Source: a virus
DNA: 64,000 nucleotides
IMG/VR virus record: IMGVR_UViG_3300039425_000002
Strand: one strand, 5' to 3'
A model generated the notes under the pieces. That model saw only the letters and a list, made by a program, of their open reading frames with translations. It did not search any database and was not told where the DNA came from. Shown piece after piece: positions 56,849-64,000 of the stretch (its first letter is position 1; each line of letters starts with the position of its first letter). Both the position numbers and the translations under genes were made by a program.

Positions 56849-57823
56849 AACTAGTCTTAGTTGATTGAGGGGAGTTGCACGAGCACGACGAATTTACCCC
56901 CGAGCAGATACTTCAGGTGAAACTAGTCTTAGTTGTTTGAGGTGAGTTGCACTGGTCTGACAATGATCAGAGATCGATCTGCTAGGTTGTGAAACTGGTC
57001 TTAGTTGTTTGAGGTGAGTTGCACAACAATGATGAACTGTACAGCTCTGGTCAAACAACGGTGAAACTAGTCTTAGTTGTTTGAGGGTTGCACTCCTTGG
57101 ATGCTCGCTGAACAACTAGCAACTCCCGTCAAGTGAAAAGCCTTGGTTAGTTGAGGAGGCGTTGCACCCTAGAATATCTAAGCTTTGATTGCCTTGTTCA
57201 CCCATGTGTGAAAAGCCCTTGATTAATTAAGGAAAGTTGCACTTCTGCATACCAGAATGAGGTTTTTGCTTTCGTTGAGTGAAACTAGTCTTAGTTGTTT
57301 GGGGAAAGTTGCACACAACTCGTAGGAGGCAGTATGACCCCTGAAGTAGAGTGAAACCAGTCTTAGTTGATTGAGGGGAGTTGCACTCAACGCCAGTGGT
57401 ATTACAAGAACTGCTTGAGCAGGTGAAAACACCCTTGATTAGTTGAGGAAAGTTGCACAGATCAATAGCTGGCAAAGTGATCGCTCGGCTAGAGGTGAAA
57501 ACACCCTTGATTCAGTTGAGGAAAGTTGCACGTAGTGGTTTGTAAGCCTTCTTCACGTTCTTACGCTTCGTGAAAACACCCTTGATTGGTTGAGGAAAGT
57601 TGCACAAAACTCGGAAGCCCAAGAGTTCCTGGCTGGGTGTTGTGAAAACACTCTTGTTGGTTGAGGTAAAGTTGCACATGGGCGTGGACCTGTTGAGTGA
57701 AACTAGTCTTAGTTGCCGTGAAGCGTCCTTTAGTGACTTGAGGTGAGTTGCACATCGCTTATCCATTGTATTCGCGGGAGCATGAGGCTGAAAACACTCT
57801 TGATTAGTTGAGGAAAGTTGCAC
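56845..57823 (+). CRISPR. CRISPR array: 14 repeats (33-37 nt), 13 spacers (34-40 nt)
   Basis: Repeats start at 56845, 56917, 56989, 57061, 57133, 57208, 57279, 57351, 57423, 57495, 57570, 57642, 57718, 57788; consensus GTGAA...TTGAGG...GTTGCAC; + orientation inferred from gene direction and the degenerate last repeat. Confidence 0.95.
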
Positions 57824-57866
57824 TCTTCACGGTGAACGGTTGGCTGGTAATGATCGCATGTAACCT

Positions 57867-58361
57867 ATGGGAACTAACTTCTACTTCAGAGGTCATCGCA
57901 ATGATGACGACCCTAATTTTCACATTGGCAAAAGATCTGCGGCTGGATTGTATTGCTGGGACTGTAGAGTTACGCTGTGTCGGGAAGGGGAAAGTCAAGT
58001 TCACTACAGACCGACTTGGTACAGCACTTGTCCGCAATGTGGACAGAAGGCAGCAAAAGAGTCTTTAGAAGTATCTGCGGTAGGTAGAGAGTTAGGATTT
58101 AACAAATCTCAACCTCAAGCTAAAAAGGGTGTTAGAGGTTGTAGTTCATTTAGCTGGGCAATGGAGCCGGAAAGACTATTTCAAGCCAGCGTTTACCAAC
58201 CAAAGCAAGTGTCACTACCATTTCTCTCTTGTGAAGCCGAATCACCCCAGTACACCGTTGAGGATGAGTACGGGGAACTTTATACTTTGATTGAGTTTAG
58301 GCAGATTCTGAATGAATGCCCTATTCACTTCACAAAGATGATAGGCGAATGGTTCTGCTAA
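57867..58361 (+). CDS. Conserved phage hypothetical protein
   Basis: MGTNFY...HIGKRSAAG...CWDC...CPQC...DEYG. Confidence 0.7.
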   Translation: MGTNFYFRGHRNDDDPNFHIGKRSAAGLYCWDCRVTLCREGESQVHYRPTWYSTCPQCGQKAAKESLEVSAVGRELGFNKSQPQAKKGVRGCSSFSWAMEPERLFQASVYQPKQVSLPFLSCEAESPQYTVEDEYGELYTLIEFRQILNECPIHFTKMIGEWFC

Positions 58362-58942
58362 GAAGCGATCGCCCCTAAAATAGAGAGGTCAACCACATCA
58401 AGCGGAGACACTCCCCCTGCGGGACGCTCAACCCCGACTCTTGGCGGAGATCGGGGCTTTCTGGGTACAAATTGGGTATAATACCCACCTCTCTAAGTAA
58501 AAAATGTTACTCCATAAGGCTTTGAGGGGAGTGAGCACCACAGTGGTTGTGTGGGGGTCAAGAGTGGTGCCAAAGCGCGTAGTTCATAAATGGGGCAGGC
58601 TCAAAAGATTGGTGGTTTTACGGTTATGTTACTCCTGTAAATTGTTAATAATAGGGGCATGGTACAAGTCATTTGGTAATTTGATTTGTATCTCCTGTGG
58701 TTTAAACCGTCCGACGTTTTCGTTGGGGCGGTTTTATTATTGCAGAAATTCTCGGGAAATTGCTAAAGTATTAATCGATACTTCTAAGAAGAGATGGCGT
58801 GATCGCCTACGCCAAGGGCTAATCGAAAGCATCAACCATCTGCTCAAAACATCCGCAAGTTGGTTACTATAACCAAAATCGGTGCTATTGACTTCGCTAG
58901 TTCCGCTTACTCAGTCGCTGTTTTATTGAGCTTAATACTGCA

Positions 58943-59332
58943 ATGAATAACTTTATTTTGGATGAGTATACCTCGGTTAATAAATTTAAGGAGTGTGCTG
59001 ATTGTCTAAACAACTACAAAGACAAAATTATTAAAAATTATGTTGAACAAATCTTTCCCTGTTCCCAATTGGAAAGTTCTGGAGGAATCCGCAAGCTAAA
59101 TGGCAGCCTCGCTGGAAAATCCTGGCTAGAAGTTGCGAAACTCTACTGGGATAAAAAGCGTGTTGCAGAACATCGCGAAGACGAAGGGAATAAGTTTTGG
59201 CTAGTTCTGCCTTCAGGCAATCTACAGCAAATTAGTCAGATCATTTTAGAGTGTGATGAAGATTGTTTGCAATTGATAGTCGATAGACCAAACGGATCTC
59301 AACTTTATCTAGCTGTGAATTTTGTTAGCTAG
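58943..59332 (+). CDS. Hypothetical protein
   Basis: ATG ORF, AT-rich. Confidence 0.5.
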   Translation: MNNFILDEYTSVNKFKECADCLNNYKDKIIKNYVEQIFPCSQLESSGGIRKLNGSLAGKSWLEVAKLYWDKKRVAEHREDEGNKFWLVLPSGNLQQISQIILECDEDCLQLIVDRPNGSQLYLAVNFVS

Positions 59333-59386
59333 ACACGCGAGAAACCCCGCGCTATAAATTCAACGTACCTTAATTTGTTTCCCTAC

Positions 59387-59968
59387 TTACCAACCCTGTG
59401 TAACATCAAACGCCAACACTTCTTCAACCGTCAGCATTGCGTCAACTTGCGATCGCAGCTTAGCCCGACGCCCAGCAACCAATGCTGTTTGTGTTCTCAA
59501 ATAGTTTGATTTTTGCAGAATCCTTTGCGCCAAAGCTTGAGTCGCGGCTAGGACTTGTTCTGGGGTAGTGGCACCCGTTGCAGCGATCGCTTCTACCTTT
59601 AGATATGGAGCTTGGTCGATATCGTTGCTTGCCACCAGTGCTTTAGCTTCCTTCTCCTTCTCATCCCAGGAGGTAGCTTCCGCATAGGAATATCCGCTAA
59701 TTAAAGCGTCTTGTCTTCGTGCGGTTTCGTCGATAATTTGTTGATAAATTATCGCTTTGGCTGCCTCTAGAGTTGGGGGTTCTGGTTCCGCGTCGCTTAG
59801 ATCAAGTTTGCCGTGAATCGCTTCCCAAGCTCTCAATTCTTGGGTTAGTGGATGGGATTCGTCGAAGGTTTGAGTTTCTGTATTGAAGGGTAGTAGCACC
59901 CCATCAATTCGATGGACTAAAGCTACTCTGCCTGAATTGTCCCGATTAATTCTGTAATTACCTTGCAT
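59387..59968 (-). CDS. Tail-fibre-assembly-like protein
   Basis: EATSWDEKEKEAKA...PYLKVEA...LAQRILQK pattern; end of structural operon. Confidence 0.55.
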   Translation of the reverse strand: MQGNYRINRDNSGRVALVHRIDGVLLPFNTETQTFDESHPLTQELRAWEAIHGKLDLSDAEPEPPTLEAAKAIIYQQIIDETARRQDALISGYSYAEATSWDEKEKEAKALVASNDIDQAPYLKVEAIAATGATTPEQVLAATQALAQRILQKSNYLRTQTALVAGRRAKLRSQVDAMLTVEEVLAFDVTQGW

Positions 59969-60500
59969 AGCGATAAATTAATCCACCGAAAATTTCAATA
60001 TTGCCAGGAGAACCTGTTTTAGTTACTTGGGCTTGCATCCGCCTATGACTGCTATTAGTCAAGGTTGATAGCGGGATAAACAAATTAAATGGAATCGAGA
60101 AATTAAGGAATGCTCCCAATGTAGAGTAGGGTCGAGAGTCAAATAACAGAGGATCGGAAACGGGAGGCGAAAATAAGTTGAAAGTCCAGTAGTTTGATGA
60201 GTCGTTCAAGGTACTAAGAAGAAAAGTACCAAAACTTCTGACAAACCATAGGCTGTAAGCAGTGTCTATTTTATTGCGATTGACTGTCGCTGCTGAGGCA
60301 GAGAAAGAGGTATTAACAAATTGATATTCAAAAGTTTGCGTACTAAGCCAATAATTACCATTCCAGAACCACTCCTGTACTAGATCGCTATTGCCATCAA
60401 TTTCAGTCCAAAAATAGCCCCGAATCGGATTTAAGGGCGGAGTACTAGAAGCGGGATATCTTCTATTTACAATAACCGGATCAATAGTTCTTAGCGGCAT
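59958..60500 (-). CDS. Phage structural protein
   Basis: Coupled within the structural operon. Confidence 0.55.
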   Translation of the reverse strand: MPLRTIDPVIVNRRYPASSTPPLNPIRGYFWTEIDGNSDLVQEWFWNGNYWLSTQTFEYQFVNTSFSASAATVNRNKIDTAYSLWFVRSFGTFLLSTLNDSSNYWTFNLFSPPVSDPLLFDSRPYSTLGAFLNFSIPFNLFIPLSTLTNSSHRRMQAQVTKTGSPGNIEIFGGLIYRYAR

Positions 60501-60501
60501 A

Positions 60502-61566
60502 CTAACTCCAACTCTCGATTCTTACGACAGCACCCGTAAAGGTCAAGCTCACGGTAGCTGATGCAGTGGCATTCTGCGAGAGCGTAATCGAACTCCCCGC
60601 TGCATTGCGAGCCACAACAATCGTATTTGCTGCAATTCCCGTTCCCGTCACAGCTTGCCCAAGTGTGATGCCACTAAAAGCGCCTGCCCCTGCCGTGACT
60701 GTAGGAGAACCGCTGGTAGTTGTACAGGAAGCAACGCTAGTAGAGGGGATTGTTTCTGCTGAAAAGTAGAGAGTGCCACTGAAATTTAGTTCTGTTTCGG
60801 AATACTCTTGTCCTGCCCGAATTGTGGTGAAATTAGGGGTGTTTATCGTGTTTCCGAGTGTAGTATCAAAGCGAATATCTACATTATTCCGGGCGTGAAT
60901 TGAAAGCTTTTTGGCATTAGTGAGAGGCACACTTGCTTCTTGAAGTGCTGTGGTGAGTGCAGTAGTGGTTGTTGTACGGGTGGTTGCAGGTTGGATGATA
61001 GGGCGATCGCGGACTTGTACCAAAGTCGTTTCACTGGCTGTCCCAGCACTGGGGAGGCGATCGCGGATTGCCTGCGCCATCGCATCAGTAGCAGCATTTG
61101 TCGGCAAGGGTAAGGCTGTGGCGCTGATCGGTTGCGTTGCTGGTAGGTTGGAGACTGCAACAGAACCTGAAATCGATTGAGTAGCGGGAAAGTTACCAAC
61201 ACTAACAGAACCTGAGATCGGTTGAGTTACTGCGCTACCGTCAACTTTCAGCCGATCGCTCACCAAAGCAGAAGGAAGGCGATCGCGGATTGCTGTTTCT
61301 AGCACTACCAAAGCATCCTGCTTCGCCTCTGTGGCAGGAGCTGCTATTAGTTTGGCAAGAATTGCCGCTAGGGTAGTCTGGGTTGCAAAGTCGGTAGAAG
61401 CAAGGCGATCGCGGATTGCCTCTAGCCTGGCAATCTCGGTTAGTTGGTTGGCAGCAGTAGCGTCGCCTCCACTGCCGCCTGTAGTTGGCATAGTGCCATC
61501 ATTGTTAAGGCGGAGGGTAACAATCTTCCCAGTAGGAGTAATGCCACGAATAATAGAACCAGGCAT
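60502..61566 (-). CDS. Phage fibre/decoration-like structural protein
   Basis: T/A/S-rich with AIRDRL and TQPISGSV repeats. Confidence 0.6.
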   Translation of the reverse strand: MPGSIIRGITPTGKIVTLRLNNDGTMPTTGGSGGDATAANQLTEIARLEAIRDRLASTDFATQTTLAAILAKLIAAPATEAKQDALVVLETAIRDRLPSALVSDRLKVDGSAVTQPISGSVSVGNFPATQSISGSVAVSNLPATQPISATALPLPTNAATDAMAQAIRDRLPSAGTASETTLVQVRDRPIIQPATTRTTTTTALTTALQEASVPLTNAKKLSIHARNNVDIRFDTTLGNTINTPNFTTIRAGQEYSETELNFSGTLYFSAETIPSTSVASCTTTSGSPTVTAGAGAFSGITLGQAVTGTGIAANTIVVARNAAGSSITLSQNATASATVSLTFTGAVVRIESWS

Positions 61567-61568
61567 AG

Positions 61569-61946
61569 CTAAATCACTGCTCTAGTTTTGATAGTGGTGG
61601 AAGGAAAAGGAATAAGCGATCGCCCGGACGCGATCGCTTCTAGTCCAGCTGGTATCTTTAGCTCTTGCGCTGAGTCATAGCCCAGTTGCAATGCCCGCAA
61701 GGAGGCGATCGCCTCCTTCATTTGAGTAAACACAACCCCATCCGCCTCAGATAATTGTTGGAATTGAGGTGACTGCTCTAACCACACCGCAGCAGCAAGG
61801 AATGGGCGGTAATGAGTTGTCCCTGCTGCATCCTTAGCTGCTGATAAATCCAAGAATTCATTCAGGAAGGCATCGGCTTCAGTACCAGCATTCGCTGCTC
61901 GTTCTTTGGCGCGAACCAATGCGGCAGCTTTTTCGGTGTAATGCAT
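61569..61946 (-). CDS. Putative head-tail adaptor
   Basis: Size and position downstream of the capsid gene. Confidence 0.5.
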   Translation of the reverse strand: MHYTEKAAALVRAKERAANAGTEADAFLNEFLDLSAAKDAAGTTHYRPFLAAAVWLEQSPQFQQLSEADGVVFTQMKEAIASLRALQLGYDSAQELKIPAGLEAIASGRSLIPFPSTTIKTRAVI

Positions 61947-61948
61947 GG

Positions 61949-62191
61949 CTATTTAGATTTGGGCTTTGAGGACGGAGGAGGCTTGTCTTCTGTTGGTGGT
62001 GGATCTGCCGCGTCCTCCGGTGTCGCATCTTTTCCAGCAGGATCGGATATCAAAGGAGGTTCTTCTTGAGGAGGTTGCGTCTTTTCAGTCAATCCCAGCG
62101 CCGCTGCTAATTCGTCGGGAATTTCAATCTCCTCTCCAGGGAGATAAGTTTTATTGGCCCAGAAATAAGCCTTATCAAGCACAGTTTTCAT
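61949..62191 (-). CDS. Small capsid-adjacent protein
   Basis: YLPGEEIEIPDELAAALG plus P/E/K tail, typical after capsid genes. Confidence 0.6.
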   Translation of the reverse strand: MKTVLDKAYFWANKTYLPGEEIEIPDELAAALGLTEKTQPPQEEPPLISDPAGKDATPEDAADPPPTEDKPPPSSKPKSK

Positions 62192-62219
62192 GGTTTTTAT
62201 TTAGGGGGTTGAAACCGTA

Positions 62220-62251
62220 AATTACGAATTACGAATTACGAATTACGAATT
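62220..62251. repeat. 7-bp tandem repeat (aattacg x4)
   Basis: aattacgaattacgaattacgaattacgaatt. Confidence 0.9.
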
Positions 62252-63365
62252 ATTGGGTCGGTTTCGGAACAGTAATCGTAGCCACAGCCTCTACCTCTGT
62301 GGGGACTGGAAACGATGTGGCAAATCCCTGCGAGTACAAGCCAATCGGCTTTAAGTTGCGGCTCTCGGCTCGGATCACCCGACCTGGCAAGTCTTCGCCG
62401 ACAGCGATACCAATCGCGTAGTAACCTAAAGTATCTTCAATGACTTGCAAGCCAGCATCCCCCAAATCAATCGTCTCGCTGCGTCCAGTCGTCGCGATAA
62501 ACACCAGAGATCCGCGAGGTTTGAAGAATCCAGTGCTGGTCTGGGTGCGATAAGTTAGGTTGTATTCTTCAATCGGTGGCAGACCGAAGTTGTTGATTAA
62601 ATAATTATCAAGTGCTTGTTTATCAACCAGCCCCACGCGGCTCGTAAAACCAGCACCATTAACAGTCAATGACCCTAGGCGTTGTTGCATGACTTGGTTA
62701 GTTGCTATGGCTGAAGTAATATCAGTGTCGCCAATAATCCGCGCCACCTCATACCCTTTAGAAGCCAGCAGCACCTTCATGGCGAAGATCGCCTCCATCG
62801 GATCTTCCGTGCCATACCATCCAGTCGGAGCAGCCACAGTCCCGCTTGGCACTGTAATCCGGTGCCCAGGGGGATCGCGAAACGCTACAGTACTACTCTT
62901 ACCATCAGTACCCTGAATCGTGACAGCACCATTAACTAATGCTTGCCATCTTTGAATCTCGTGCTTTTCTACTAAAGCTAGATTGACCGCAGTATTGAGC
63001 CATGCGATCAGTTGCGCTTTCGCTTGGTCTGGATTATTTTTGGCAATCTTGCGAATGTTGTCGAAATCCTTTCCAGTTAGCTGTCGAGCAATGTCAATCT
63101 CACCCAGTTTCACGTCAAACGAGCCAACGAGCTGACCTTCTTTGAGTTGTGGCTCAGAATAGCGAGTTGCATCATTCGCTGGAATTGAGAAGTAAACAAT
63201 TTTGTCTTCTGTAAACTGGTTTTCAGTAACTGGTCGCTCTGGTAGGAACTCTGCGCCTAGGTAACGGCGGTTGCCCGTACCAAATTGGATCATGGGGTTG
63301 CGCGCCAGCACTATTGGTTGGTCATCGCGCAGAACTTCGTCGATTACGGTAAAAATATCAGCCAC
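62250..63365 (-). CDS. Major capsid protein (lambda E-like family)
   Basis: 371 aa; YLGAEFLPE, E..RWQAL..G motifs; follows the decoration gene. Confidence 0.85.
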   Translation of the reverse strand: MADIFTVIDEVLRDDQPIVLARNPMIQFGTGNRRYLGAEFLPERPVTENQFTEDKIVYFSIPANDATRYSEPQLKEGQLVGSFDVKLGEIDIARQLTGKDFDNIRKIAKNNPDQAKAQLIAWLNTAVNLALVEKHEIQRWQALVNGAVTIQGTDGKSSTVAFRDPPGHRITVPSGTVAAPTGWYGTEDPMEAIFAMKVLLASKGYEVARIIGDTDITSAIATNQVMQQRLGSLTVNGAGFTSRVGLVDKQALDNYLINNFGLPPIEEYNLTYRTQTSTGFFKPRGSLVFIATTGRSETIDLGDAGLQVIEDTLGYYAIGIAVGEDLPGRVIRAESRNLKPIGLYSQGFATSFPVPTEVEAVATITVPKPTQ

Positions 63366-64000
63366 TTAAGCTACCCCCGTCTCGCAAACATAGTTTTGTC
63401 TGATAAAGGTTTTGACTGCAGTAGGCAGGGCAGCCCATCCAGGTAGCAAGTTTTCGTACACTACGTTTCCGGCTCTCGGCATATACAGCTCAGCTTCGTT
63501 GTCGGTCAAGCAATCAACCACATCGAAATAGAGCAAGTAAATTTGGTCGTCCGGGGTCGTCACATCAGCCGGTCCATATCCAATTCCCGCATCCCGCTCT
63601 GCATAGGTGCGACCTACCAAGGTGCCAGACTGGACAAATCTACGCGTTAAAGGCGAATAATAAGCTATATCTCCAGCAGTCAGCGCTTGGGGCAATGCTT
63701 CTACTGTAAGTGAGGTAGCTCCAGCAGCAGCGGCGGCGGTAAGTTTAGCAAAGCTACCAGGAGCAGTGAAATCTAGAATGGTACCGTTAGGAATTGGTTT
63801 GGCTAGAGCAGCAACTGGTACAGTCGTTGCCCCAGCTGTGGCTCCACCCGTACCAACAGTCACCATCACGGCATCGCTACTGGCAACAAATTCTGCTGCA
63901 TTGAGGTGTCCGCCACCAGGCAGCAGCACCTTAGGTTGATGTTGGGGCGTCCCTGCCCAAATCGGGGAGGTGCGCTGGAAATCTGAAAAATTGATACTTG
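63366..64000 (-). CDS. Head decoration protein (5'-truncated by window edge)
   Basis: Frame open to the window end; VQSGTLVGRT; immediately upstream of the capsid gene. Confidence 0.75.
   Translation of the reverse strand, partial: SINFSDFQRTSPIWAGTPQHQPKVLLPGGGHLNAAEFVASSDAVMVTVGTGGATAGATTVPVAALAKPIPNGTILDFTAPGSFAKLTAAAAAGATSLTVEALPQALTAGDIAYYSPLTRRFVQSGTLVGRTYAERDAGIGYGPADVTTPDDQIYLLYFDVVDCLTDNEAELYMPRAGNVVYENLLPGWAALPTAVKTFIRQNYVCETGVA

Noticed and set aside
55265..57823. CAST (Cas12k) interpretation of the dead effector
   Set aside because: No tnsB, tnsC or tniQ and no transposon ends in the window; the protein is shorter and more TnpB/C2c8-like than Cas12k
56894..57823. Short minus-strand ORFs across the array
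   Set aside because: They are translations of CRISPR repeats and spacers
58504..58872. 122-aa ORF downstream of the array region
   Set aside because: No recognisable motifs or RBS; insufficient support
1..64000. Abundant GCGATCGC octamers as a novel repeat
   Set aside because: Known cyanobacterial HIP1; used only as a host indicator

Overview
This window is a cyanobacterial temperate siphophage, probably a phage-plasmid. The host assignment rests on very frequent HIP1 octamers (GCGATCGC) and cyanobacterial short tandem repeats. It carries head genes (capsid and decoration protein at the right end), tail genes (3000-aa tape measure, major tail protein, frameshifting chaperones, tail tip/fibre genes), an endolysin, ParA/ParG-like/ParB partition genes, HicAB, replication and recombination genes, two intact IS200/IS605 tnpB elements and three non-autonomous IS200/IS605 derivatives. 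The standout is a cas1/cas2-less type V-like locus at 55265-57823. It encodes a TnpB/C2c8-like protein whose RuvC catalytic residues are lost (D->A, E->Q, zinc finger/RuvC-III deleted). Its 3' end overlaps an omegaRNA-like structure with an anti-repeat and runs into a 14-repeat CRISPR array with mosaic repeat types, suggesting a phage-encoded RNA-guided DNA-binding repressor. Also notable are a type IV pilin plus truncated HmpF-like gene cluster, and a C5 DNA methyltransferase whose motif IX is encoded in an overlapping reading frame within a 760-aa ParB-domain protein. All family assignments come from motifs recognised by eye; no database searches were run.
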